Source: Spirochaetia bacterium (GTDB taxonomy: Bacteria > Spirochaetota > Spirochaetia > DSM-2461). Taken from it: a stretch of DNA of 64,000 bases. Of the stretch, positions 9,893 through 18,987 are shown piece by piece. The notes beneath the pieces are model-generated. The model did no database searches and was not told the DNA's origin. It saw nothing but the letters and a program-made list of their open reading frames with translations. Position 1 is the first letter of the stretch. Every line of letters starts with the position of its first letter. Both the position numbers and the translations under genes were made by a program. The stretch is taken from assembly GCA_963666985.2 (NCBI GenBank), contig CAXXIA010000001.1, positions 512,001-576,000 on the forward strand, written 5' to 3'.

Positions 9893-10755
9893 TATTCATC
9901 CATAAGCATGTAGCCGAGTCCGAGATAGTCCGGGCCCGCATGGGGCAAATTGCTGTGGCTGCATCCGTAGAGAACCACGTCGACATCGCCTTCAAGCTTT
10001 TCAATTTCGAATTTGAGTTCTTGGGCTTCTTCTTGGTGAGGACCGTGAACGCTGATCAGCGCCTTCAAAGGTGCGTTCGGCCATAATTCGCGGTCCTGTT
10101 CGATGAAATCGATGAATCTCTTAACGGCCTGAATCGGTTTTTTTACTTTCCCGGCGGATTTCAAGTTGCCCGGGGGATCGGTGGCGCTCAGAAGGGGAAT
10201 GATTTTCATGGCCGAGCCCATAACCGCCTTGGCGGTTCCGATGCGGCCGGTCCGTTTGAGGTAGAAAAGGTCATAAACAAGACCGTGATGGCGTGTGCGA
10301 AGAGGAGCGGCTTTCAGAAAGGCATCCATTTCCTCTCGGGAGGCACCTGCCTTTATCCGCAGGGCGGCTTCTTTTACGATGATGCTGTAGCCTTCCACCA
10401 GATGACGCGAGTCGTAGTATGTAATGTCCAGTTCCGGATGTTCTTGAATGACTTTTGTTACAACTTGGGCTGTCGCCGATGAGGCCGTGGCGGACATATG
10501 AAGGGTAAGGATGGGTTCGTCGGGATGACGGCGATAGATTTCCAGAAGGTCTTCTTCCCGGAGACCTGACGTGGAAACGTTTCGGTTCTTGTCTTTTAAG
10601 ATCTTTCGGATTTCTTCCTTGGCCTCATCGCTCATGCCGGAATCCACATCAATGGGTTTTCCGTCGACATACATGGGGTAATTGCAGACCTCAACTCCCC
10701 ATTCGGCGAATTCAGCGGCCGGTATTTGTGCTGCCGTATCGGCTACCAATACCAT
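9892..10755 (-). CDS. fakB: DegV-family fatty-acid-binding protein (FakB-like)
   Basis: LVADTAA, STSG, YDS, DLFYLKRTGRIG, MKIIPLL and HAGP motifs. Overlaps the DAK2 start (TAATG). Confidence 0.9.
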   Translation of the reverse strand: MVLVADTAAQIPAAEFAEWGVEVCNYPMYVDGKPIDVDSGMSDEAKEEIRKILKDKNRNVSTSGLREEDLLEIYRRHPDEPILTLHMSATASSATAQVVTKVIQEHPELDITYYDSRHLVEGYSIIVKEAALRIKAGASREEMDAFLKAAPLRTRHHGLVYDLFYLKRTGRIGTAKAVMGSAMKIIPLLSATDPPGNLKSAGKVKKPIQAVKRFIDFIEQDRELWPNAPLKALISVHGPHQEEAQELKFEIEKLEGDVDVVLYGCSHSNLPHAGPDYLGLGYMLMDE

Positions 10756-10766
10756 TGAATACCTCC

Positions 10767-12023
10767 TTATTCTTTGCGGCGTGCCGGTTTCTCCGGCATT
10801 TCAACGATTATATCTGTTCTCGCTTTGGCGATACAGGGGTGAAAATACCCCAATTCCTTATCTCTCCGTCTGACTCCCGCAGGTTCCGAAATATAGTCCA
10901 CATCTCCTTGAACAAGAAGACTCCGGCACCAGCCGCAGGTTCCCGTACGGCAGAAGGAGGGAGGATTCAGACCGGCCCGTTCCATGGCCACAAGAACCGT
11001 TTCGCCCGGATCGGCCGGAATCGTTATCTCCGAACGGCCGGGGATTCGAACGGTGAGTTTTTTCGCGGCTTCTTCCGTTCGTTTCCCCGATTGACCGTAA
11101 TCTTCCCGCCGTATGCGGCGGGGTTTGTTTTTCAGGGATGCAATTTCTTTATTCAGGTGGGTATGCATGGCCTCGGGACCGCAGATAAAAAAAGTCGCTT
11201 CTTTTTCTTCCATGGCATCGGCCAAAATGTCTGCGGTAATAAAGCCCCGGCGGCAGGATTGTTCGGCGTTCGGATTTTCGGATCGGCCGGAATCTTGCGG
11301 AGAGGGGGGAGCGTAACGGTTTTCCGAAAGAACGCAAATCCTTCCGAACCGATCGGAGTGAATTTTTTCCCATTGACGGAAATCTGCATCAAAAAGAAGT
11401 TCTTCCGAGGTTCTGGAACCCTGTATGAGAACGATGTGAACATCACTTTCCGTATCGTCCAGTAAATCGCCGATGATGGAACGAAACGGTGTCACACCGG
11501 ATCCGCCCGCAATACATATAAGAAGTGGAGAGTCCCGAAGCGGCTCGTAAGTGAAAAATCCCTGAGGCGCCGATGTTTTTACGGAAGTACCGACAGTCCA
11601 CTCCCGTCCTATGAGGCCGGCGATGAAAGGGCTTTCGTCCGTTCTTACGGTAATTCGATAAGCGTTTTCTTTTTCCGACTCGTTCGGTGTACCGCTGAGA
11701 GAGTAGGGCCGGCTTATTCCATGTCCGTCGTGTGTGTCCACTTCCACGGAAAGATACTGACCTGCCCGGAACGGCGCCGGTTCCGTGTCGTCGTGCGCCG
11801 GTTTCAGAACATAGGTTCTGGTTGAAGGACTTTCTTTTCGAATCTCCGCGATAACGAGATTTTGCGATAACGGATGGAGTGCCTGAGCCAAAGAATTGAT
11901 GCAGCATTCCGTCGGTTTGGTTTTCGGAGCACGCCGCATCCTTCGACGCCGTTCGGTTATTGGAGCGATGAATCGTAAAAGATCTCTCAGCGGACCGCGT
12001 TTAATAATGATGGAGTTGCTCAT
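10767..12023 (-). CDS. FAD/NAD(P)-binding oxidoreductase with C-terminal [2Fe-2S] ferredoxin (PaaE/Hcr/Rv3230c-like)
   Basis: FRAGQY, RPYSLS, AGGSGVTPF, ICGP and CRTGTCGWC...C motifs. Confidence 0.92.
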   Translation of the reverse strand: MSNSIIIKRGPLRDLLRFIAPITERRRRMRRAPKTKPTECCINSLAQALHPLSQNLVIAEIRKESPSTRTYVLKPAHDDTEPAPFRAGQYLSVEVDTHDGHGISRPYSLSGTPNESEKENAYRITVRTDESPFIAGLIGREWTVGTSVKTSAPQGFFTYEPLRDSPLLICIAGGSGVTPFRSIIGDLLDDTESDVHIVLIQGSRTSEELLFDADFRQWEKIHSDRFGRICVLSENRYAPPSPQDSGRSENPNAEQSCRRGFITADILADAMEEKEATFFICGPEAMHTHLNKEIASLKNKPRRIRREDYGQSGKRTEEAAKKLTVRIPGRSEITIPADPGETVLVAMERAGLNPPSFCRTGTCGWCRSLLVQGDVDYISEPAGVRRRDKELGYFHPCIAKARTDIIVEMPEKPARRKE

Positions 12024-13522
12024 CGGTTCATATCCGCCATCGTTTTTTCCGCCGCATTCCTGCCTGAGTTTAAGGCGCTTCCGTATCCGTGCGCGATGGA
12101 TGCGTTCCCGCCGCAGAAGCGGAGATTTTTATAGAAGCGTTCCCGGTTTCTTGAAAGAACACGAGGGACAATCCCGTCCCACGGCTCGGCCTCATACCCG
12201 TAAACCGTTCCGTCCCATGATCCGACATAGCGGGAAAATGTCGGAGGCGCCGCGGTTTCAATTTCTTCGATTCGCCCTCGAATTTTAACGCCGACGGCCC
12301 GTTCAAATTGATTTATCGCCAGTTCGGCGAAACGCCTTTTTTCTCTGTTGTATGTTTTTGATGTAACATCCGACCATGCTTCGGGCCGCGTTCCAAGGGT
12401 AAGAGACAGAATCGTGGTTCCCGGAGGCGAGGCCTTGGGATCGGCCGCGTTTAAACAAACCGAAGCCTGCAGAGGATTGGGATCGTGCCGGTTTAAAAAC
12501 TTCGCTTCAAGTTCCGGTGTGTTCATATGCGGCGCGATGAAATAGGAATAATCGGTCAGCCCGATTTTTTCTCTATCGGCATCCAGGCCAAGATAGACCA
12601 CGAAGAAGCTCAGTCCGTTGCGCCGTGCGTTCGCGACTTTATAGACCTTTTGCGGAGCATGTTTATTATTATTGAAGTTGGCGAAAATCCGATGAGGAAG
12701 GATGTTCGAAACAACCCGTCCGCAATGAACGGATTCGCCTCCGGCAAGAGTAACCCCCGTGATGTTCCTGCCTGATGTTTCAATGCCCGTAACTTCCGTA
12801 TTAAATCGGATTTCTCCGCCTTCGGCGCGGATGGCGGAAACAAGAGATGCCGCCATTCCATGCGATCTTGAACGGGGAATAACGGCGCCGTAATACAGAT
12901 AGGAATAGACCATGGAGGCCCATAGTGAAAAGGACACTCTGTTTGTAGGCACCCCGAGATAACACCAATACGGGTAAATCAAATCCCTGGCCTCGGGACT
13001 TAAGCCTATCTCGTCCGCGACTTCATCGGTAACGGCTCCGCCCGTACGGAGAAAATTTCCAAAATCGCCGAAAATTTTCTTTACCGACGGACGAGGATTT
13101 TTCCGGAGATATTCGAAGGCCTCAAAGGTTTCGGCGCAGACCGCCATGAAATCGCGGATTTCTTTTTCTCCGTATCCGATGTGCTCCGAAACGGCGTGCG
13201 TGAAAGCCTCAGGACCGAACGGAGCTCTGAAATCTGTTTTCTTGTCCGTCAGAAGAAGACGATAGGCTTCCGGAACCGGCAGGAATTCGAGACTTTTATC
13301 AACCTCTTTAAGAAAATCAACTATGGGGGAATTCGCCATTTCATGAAGAGATGTTTCAAATTCAAAACGGCCCCTGATAAAGGATGTCGCGAAGCCCCCC
13401 GCTAGATTATGACGTTCCAATACAAGAACTTTTATTCCGGCTTTGGCCAAATCGTAAGCGGCCGTAAGTCCGCCGAGTCCGGCGCCGATCACAATCACTT
13501 CCGGTGATACTCTGCTTTTCAT
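12020..13522 (-). CDS. CrtI/phytoene-desaturase/retinol-saturase-like FAD-dependent oxidoreductase
   Basis: IGAGLGGL...LERHNLAGG, FEFETSLHE, FVVYLGLD, APPTFSRY and NLRFCGG motifs. The ATG at 13522 follows GGAGAG (the ORF track starts it at 13537). Confidence 0.88.
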   Translation of the reverse strand: MKSRVSPEVIVIGAGLGGLTAAYDLAKAGIKVLVLERHNLAGGFATSFIRGRFEFETSLHEMANSPIVDFLKEVDKSLEFLPVPEAYRLLLTDKKTDFRAPFGPEAFTHAVSEHIGYGEKEIRDFMAVCAETFEAFEYLRKNPRPSVKKIFGDFGNFLRTGGAVTDEVADEIGLSPEARDLIYPYWCYLGVPTNRVSFSLWASMVYSYLYYGAVIPRSRSHGMAASLVSAIRAEGGEIRFNTEVTGIETSGRNITGVTLAGGESVHCGRVVSNILPHRIFANFNNNKHAPQKVYKVANARRNGLSFFVVYLGLDADREKIGLTDYSYFIAPHMNTPELEAKFLNRHDPNPLQASVCLNAADPKASPPGTTILSLTLGTRPEAWSDVTSKTYNREKRRFAELAINQFERAVGVKIRGRIEEIETAAPPTFSRYVGSWDGTVYGYEAEPWDGIVPRVLSRNRERFYKNLRFCGGNASIAHGYGSALNSGRNAAEKTMADMNR

Positions 13523-13692
13523 CAGCTCTCCGAGCATTGAAGTCCGTCTTTTATTCGGGAAACTCCCCTCAAGTGCAACCAGTATAGTCAGTTCCGCCTG
13601 ATTTGTGATACAAATTACTTAAAAATGTCCGGGAAAAAGTATTTTGTAAGTGCTAATCACGGATTACGATAGAAAAAAAACGATTAAGACGA

Positions 13693-14628
13693 TTGCGTTA
13701 TATTGATATAATCGATCCATCGCGGAGCCAACCTGTGTTTTATAGACGAAAGGATGCGAAGCTCATTAAGGGCCAGAGCATGATCAATCGTATGTTTCCT
13801 TACATGATGAGAGATAAAATCGGATCTCAAGTCTATGTCCCTCTGAAACTCAACCTTGATAATGCGGCGGAATACATCCGTGAAAAAGCCGAAAAACATG
13901 GACGGCATGATTTCAGCTATTTCGACATTCTTGTCGCGGCCGTTATGAGAGCCATTGCTGAGAAACCCGAGCTGAACCGATTTATTAAAGGACGCCGGTA
14001 TTATCAGCGGCGCAGCCTCAGCGCGACTTTTATCGTAAAGAAAAACCTCACCGAAGAAGATGAAGAGCGTCAGGCCATCATAACCTTCGATCCGGCCGAT
14101 ACTTTGGATGAATATTCGGAGAAACTTCGCGCGGCAATTGCCGCCATGCGGAGCAAACCCGAGGACGAGGGCGAGAAGATTATGAAAGTTCTTTTCGCTT
14201 TGCCGTCTAAAATAATCGACTTGTTTACTCTGTGGCTGATGAGGCTTGACGACCGCGGAATGATGCCTCGATATCTCGCCGAGTCCGACGGTATGCATAC
14301 CAGCATATACATTGCCAATCTGGGCAGTATCGGTTTTGAAGATGCGCCGTTCCATCATTTGTATGAATGGGGCACGGGCTCCGTTTTTCTTACTTTCGGC
14401 CGACTCCATCGGGAAAGGTCGTTCAGCAAAGACGGGACGGAGAAAGTACACTTGGTTATCAGAGCCGGTGTAACCATTGATGAACGAATCGGCGAGGGGC
14501 TCTATTTTTCAAAAGCCATACGGCTTTTCAAAAAATACGTTGAGAATCCCAGACTCCTTGAAGAGTGGCCCGATCTTCCGGCTCTGTGGGAGAAGATGAA
14601 AGAGCCGGGAAAAACAATTCGCATCTGA
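13693..14628 (+). CDS. Stand-alone 2-oxoacid-dehydrogenase E2-like (CAT-fold) acyltransferase domain protein
   Basis: PELNRFI, IANLGSIG...FHHLYEWG and TIDERIGEG (canonical DHR replaced by DER). No lipoyl domain. Confidence 0.8.
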   Translation: MRYIDIIDPSRSQPVFYRRKDAKLIKGQSMINRMFPYMMRDKIGSQVYVPLKLNLDNAAEYIREKAEKHGRHDFSYFDILVAAVMRAIAEKPELNRFIKGRRYYQRRSLSATFIVKKNLTEEDEERQAIITFDPADTLDEYSEKLRAAIAAMRSKPEDEGEKIMKVLFALPSKIIDLFTLWLMRLDDRGMMPRYLAESDGMHTSIYIANLGSIGFEDAPFHHLYEWGTGSVFLTFGRLHRERSFSKDGTEKVHLVIRAGVTIDERIGEGLYFSKAIRLFKKYVENPRLLEEWPDLPALWEKMKEPGKTIRI

Positions 14629-14786
14629 TACAAAGGAATGCGGGCCGCATCGGAGACTGGCGGAGTTTCGCTCACGGATTACCGGCCGAACGGACGAATC
14701 CGGAGACGGCGCGGCAGCCCCCTTTTCACAGGCTGTTGGAAAAGGATTTTACGGCCTTCTCACAGGTCCGTGCCGTAACGGTTTGC

Positions 14787-15920
14787 TTAAGCGATGGCCA
14801 GACCCGTATCGAGTTCCAAATCATCCGGGAGCCATTCGGCAACTTCGGAAAGAGGCCGCATAAAGACGGTTCCCGTCTGTTCGATATATTTGGCATCATG
14901 GATCTTAAAAATGATCCGGCTGTCCGCAAGTCCGACGATCTCAATCTTACCGATTGGATGACTCATGACGTACTTAAAACGCTTGGCCATTCCCGAAAGG
15001 TGACGTTTGGCCTCTTCGATGATTCCGATACCTTCGGCAATAGGTATTTGGAAACTCTTTTGAACCCGTTTTACAGGCCTGCATTGAAACACGTAATACG
15101 GCGCGATTCCCGCGGAGACAAGATCGTTCATCAAGTCGGCCATAACGTCCGGATCGTCGTTGATGCCTTTGAGCAGGACCGTTTGGCAGCTTACCGCCAC
15201 TCCCGCTAAGCTCAACCGGCGCACAGCTTCAATCGTTTCCGAAACAATTTCTTTGGGATGATTAATATGAGTCACAACATAAATTCGCGGCTTTGAGGGA
15301 TCGCTGTTATGGCGTGCAAAAATATCCAGGAGTTTTTTATCATCCAGTATGCGTTTGGGAAGAGATGTCGGTGTTTTCGTTCCGAATCGGATAAAGCGGA
15401 TATGCTGAATTTTTGAGATTTTCCGTAGAAAAGATTCGATGATATCCGTGGAAAGCATCAATGAATCACCGCCGGTGATAAGAATATTGTTGATCTCCCG
15501 ATGCGCGGCGATATAATCCAGCGCGTCGTCGAAATTGCACAAAACCTCGGCGTTGGTGAGTCCTACCATCCTCTTTCGGAAGCAGTATCGGCAATAAATG
15601 GCACAAATATTCGTCGATAAGAGCAGCACCGTCGGTTCATATTTATGCTGAAGTCCCTTGGCTTTTGTGTTCTCGGCCTCACCGCTGGTATCGTAATCAC
15701 CCGAAAGATCGAGTTCCTCAATGTTCGGCAAGTACATTCTTCGGATCGGATCGTTCGGGTCGTCGGAATCCATCAGATCCATGACATGCCGAGTTACACG
15801 GATCGGATGAATCTTGGCAATCTCATTCAGCTGCAGCTTTTCTTTCTCCGTGAGATTGACGTATTCGCTCATTTCCTCGACTGTTGTAACCGTGTGGCAT
15901 AGGATATTTTTCCAGGACAT
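14787..15920 (-). CDS. KamA-family radical-SAM/PLP aminomutase
   Basis: GLQHKYEP, CAIYCRYCFRKR (CxxxCxxC), LITGGDSL, QTVLLKGINDD, PYYVFQC and GKIEI motifs. Confidence 0.93.
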   Translation of the reverse strand: MSWKNILCHTVTTVEEMSEYVNLTEKEKLQLNEIAKIHPIRVTRHVMDLMDSDDPNDPIRRMYLPNIEELDLSGDYDTSGEAENTKAKGLQHKYEPTVLLLSTNICAIYCRYCFRKRMVGLTNAEVLCNFDDALDYIAAHREINNILITGGDSLMLSTDIIESFLRKISKIQHIRFIRFGTKTPTSLPKRILDDKKLLDIFARHNSDPSKPRIYVVTHINHPKEIVSETIEAVRRLSLAGVAVSCQTVLLKGINDDPDVMADLMNDLVSAGIAPYYVFQCRPVKRVQKSFQIPIAEGIGIIEEAKRHLSGMAKRFKYVMSHPIGKIEIVGLADSRIIFKIHDAKYIEQTGTVFMRPLSEVAEWLPDDLELDTGLAIA

Positions 15921-16258
15921 GAGGAACCTTCATTTCTATATAATGTAAGTACTTACCGCTTTTATGGTAAGTAAATGAGTAATCCGTAGATTCTTTTTAA
16001 AAAGTTCAATGGAAATGTAAAATGCGCATATTAACATACACTATCTTTTTCTCGGATGCAACGAAATCTTATCTTTCTTCTTTGATTAAATGAACAAAGA
16101 AATCTTCTTGGAGCGAATTTGATGATTTTTCGCGCCGCTGAAAGATGTAATCAACGAATCTTCAATACGTCCGAAAACGGCGTTTCCGGGAGTGTGTATA
16201 AATTTAGAATGGATCTCATTTTCTCCGGTATAATGAATAAAAGAAGTAAAGGACGATT

Positions 16259-16912
16259 ATGAAAACCATTCTCTGTTACGGTGATTCGAATACGTGGGGG
16301 TATAATCCCGTTTCCGGCGCCAGGCATCCGTATCACCTTCGATGGACAACGGTCCTGCAGAAGGAACTTGGAAATGATTATCTTGTTATACCTGAAGGAC
16401 TCAATGGACGCACCACGGTCTGGGACGATCCCATTGAACTCCATAAAAGCGGATCGAAATACTTGCCGCCCTGCCTGGAAAGTCATAAACCTTTGGATTT
16501 GGTGGTCATCATGCTGGGAACAAATGATTTAAAGGTGCGCTTTTCCCTGCCTGCCGCGGATATTGCCGCGGGTGCGGGCCGACTTGTCGATATCGTCAAG
16601 AAAAGTGAATGCGGTCATGACGGATCGGCCCCGCATGTCCTTCTCTTGGTTCCTCCCGAAATCCGCCGTCTCTCCGGTTTTGCCGAAATGTTCGCGGGAT
16701 CGCGCAAAAAATCCCTGGACTTTCCTTCATCGTATGCCGCCGTTGCGGCGGAAAAGGGTGTTCCGTATCTGGTTATCGGTGAAACCGTCCGATTTGGAGA
16801 TACGGACGGTATTCATTTTGAAGCCGATCAGCTTTTTGTTCTGGGGAAGCTTGTGGCGGATGAAGTTCGCCGGATTTGTGATGTCCGCTTGAACGATGAT
16901 TTTCCGGCTTGA
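16259..16912 (+). CDS. SGNH/GDSL hydrolase
   Basis: CYGDSNTWG, EGLNGRTT, MLGTND and DGIH catalytic blocks. Confidence 0.95.
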   Translation: MKTILCYGDSNTWGYNPVSGARHPYHLRWTTVLQKELGNDYLVIPEGLNGRTTVWDDPIELHKSGSKYLPPCLESHKPLDLVVIMLGTNDLKVRFSLPAADIAAGAGRLVDIVKKSECGHDGSAPHVLLLVPPEIRRLSGFAEMFAGSRKKSLDFPSSYAAVAAEKGVPYLVIGETVRFGDTDGIHFEADQLFVLGKLVADEVRRICDVRLNDDFPA

Positions 16913-17212
16913 GAACAATAATACAATTCTTATCATTCTGATCTTGCTTATTTGCCTCATTTTTTTGTACAGTTTCATTACGCGGTGACTTATTATCATG
17001 CGTCTTGCCATTGCCCCGGCGGGAATCTGAAGGCTTCCAAGTTTTTTGAGTATCCAATACGCCGGGTAATGATTCTCCCGGGCCCGATTTCCTTCAAGAA
17101 TGAATGAAGAGTCGGGCATGGGTTAAAAAAGTGAGAATCGGGAATCCGGAGGCGGCCGTTGGGGGCTGCCACCGTGAAGCCTGTTTTTTCATAACCTCCT
17201 TTTCACGCGTGG

Positions 17213-17248
17213 GCGCTCCGGATCGTTGGTCCGGAGCGCTCCTTTTTT
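17213..17248 (+). terminator. Rho-independent terminator upstream of the ara promoter
   Basis: GCGCTCCGGA-N7-TCCGGAGCGC stem followed by a T6 run. Confidence 0.7.
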
Positions 17249-17273
17249 AAAAGCACTTTTACCGAACATTCTG

Positions 17274-17321
17274 TTGACAACTGATTTGTTACTGATAATA
17301 TGAATGCGTTAACGTGCACGC
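17274..17321 (+). promoter_or_regulatory. Sigma70 promoter and LacI-type operator of the ara operon
   Basis: TTGACA (17274-17279), a GATAAT/TAATAT -10 region (17294-17301), then the CG-centred palindrome GCGTTAACGTGCACGC (17306-17321). Confidence 0.7.
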
Positions 17322-17372
17322 GGCTAAAAGCCGTTAAGGCGTCATGATCAAATCTTTCGGAGGAATCGGGGT

Positions 17373-18962
17373 ATGGATGCGGTGAAGATTATCGAAAACG
17401 GACAAGCCATCATGGGGATGGAGCTTGGTTCCACGAGAATAAAAGCCGTCTTAATCGGACCGGACAACAGTCCCTTGGCATCCGGAGGACACGGATGGGA
17501 AAATTCCCGAATTGATGAAATCTGGACCTATCCGCTGGAAGAAGTTCTCTCCGGTATCGCCGCCGCCTACGCGGATTTGAAGAATGATGTTCAAAAAAAG
17601 TATGGAATCAATCTGAGATCCTTCGCGGCCGGTGGATTCAGCGCCATGATGCACGGATATCTTCCTTTTAACGCATCGAATGAACTTATCGCTCCTTTTA
17701 GAACCTGGCGAAACAATATAACCGGACAAGCCGCGAAGGAATTGACCGATTTACTTCATTATCCGGTCCCGCAGCGATGGAGCATTGCACATCTTCATCA
17801 AGCCGTTCTCAACGGAGAAGATCATGTCGGCGAGATTGCGTATCTGACAACTCTCGCCGGTTATGTCCATTGGAAATTGACCGGGAAAAAGGCATTAGGC
17901 GCCGGAGATGCCTCCGGAATGTTCCCCATCGACAGTGATACGCTTGTTTTCGATCCGAAACGCCTTGAGAAATATGATGCCCACATCGCCGATAAAGGAT
18001 TCGGATGGAAACTCGGTGATCTTCTTCCCGAAATCGTACCCGTTGGAGAGGAAGCGGGAAGGCTGACCGAAGAAGGCGCGCGTCTTTTGGATCCTTCCGG
18101 AGATCTTGTGGCGGGAATCCCCATTTGTCCTCCCGAAGGTGATGCCGGAACGGGAATGGTGGCCACGAACAGCGTTCGTGTTCGAACCGGAAACGTTTCG
18201 GCCGGAACCTCCGTTTTTGCCATGCTCGTCATGGAAAAAGAACCCTCGAAGGTTCATGATGAAATCGATCTGGTAACCACGCCCGACGGGAAACTTGTCG
18301 GGATGGCGCATTCCAACAACTGCACTTCGGATTATGATGCCTGGATCAATCTGTTCGGTCGGGCCGCTCGGGCTATGGGGGCCGAGTTTACCACTCCCGA
18401 ACTCTATGACACACTTCTGGAACTTGCTTTGAAGGGAGATCGGGACTGCGGAGGTCTTCTGGCCTACGGGTATGTATCCGGCGAACACCTCACCGGATTC
18501 GGCGAGGGACGTCCGCTTTTCGTCCGGCATCCGGAGAGTCCGCTGACTTTGGAAAACTTCATCAGGACGCATCTTTTCACATCATTATGCGCATTACGCA
18601 CCGGACTGAACGTTCTCATGGAAGAAGAAGGCGTTAAGGTTGATGAAATCCGGGGGCACGGAGGCTTCTTTAAAACCGCCCGCGTCGGTCAACGAATTAT
18701 GGCGGCGGCAACAGGAACGCCGGTGAGCCTTTTGGAAACCGCGGGTGAAGGCGGTGCCTGGGGCATGGCGCTTCTGGCATCGTATATGCTTCGTGAGAAA
18801 CGGGAGCTGAGTCTTCCCGATTTTCTGGACGATGCGCTTTCCGGCGGGGTGGGAGAAGCCATGAAGCCCGATCCTGATGATGTCGCCGGTTTTGAGGCCT
18901 TTTTCAAGCGCTACCATAAGGGGCTGCCCATCGAATCGGCGGCCGTGGAATCGCTCAGCTAA
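17373..18962 (+). CDS. araB: L-ribulokinase (FGGY family)
   Basis: GMELGSTRIKAVL, SAMMHGY, FRTWRN, PQRWSIAHL, PEGDAGTGMVATN and GEGGAWG motifs. Lies next to araD and araA. Confidence 0.9.
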   Translation: MDAVKIIENGQAIMGMELGSTRIKAVLIGPDNSPLASGGHGWENSRIDEIWTYPLEEVLSGIAAAYADLKNDVQKKYGINLRSFAAGGFSAMMHGYLPFNASNELIAPFRTWRNNITGQAAKELTDLLHYPVPQRWSIAHLHQAVLNGEDHVGEIAYLTTLAGYVHWKLTGKKALGAGDASGMFPIDSDTLVFDPKRLEKYDAHIADKGFGWKLGDLLPEIVPVGEEAGRLTEEGARLLDPSGDLVAGIPICPPEGDAGTGMVATNSVRVRTGNVSAGTSVFAMLVMEKEPSKVHDEIDLVTTPDGKLVGMAHSNNCTSDYDAWINLFGRAARAMGAEFTTPELYDTLLELALKGDRDCGGLLAYGYVSGEHLTGFGEGRPLFVRHPESPLTLENFIRTHLFTSLCALRTGLNVLMEEEGVKVDEIRGHGGFFKTARVGQRIMAAATGTPVSLLETAGEGGAWGMALLASYMLREKRELSLPDFLDDALSGGVGEAMKPDPDDVAGFEAFFKRYHKGLPIESAAVESLS

Positions 18963-18987
18963 GCGCGGACCGGGCGGAAAGAGGCAT

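Noticed and set aside
11253..11300. Palindromic insertion in the ferredoxin reductase gene
   Set aside because: The pairing depends on many G-T pairs on the non-coding strand and is better explained as a short low-complexity loop.
12020..13522. Carotenoid biosynthesis (crtI)
   Set aside because: There is no phytoene synthase or other crt gene in the window, and the context is fatty-acid/phospholipid genes.
16913..17200. Small minus-strand ORF after AAGGAGG (MKKQASRWQPP...) and neighbouring ORFs
   Set aside because: It is only 22 codons, the SD spacing is short and there is no recognisable similarity. It may be a remnant but cannot be supported.
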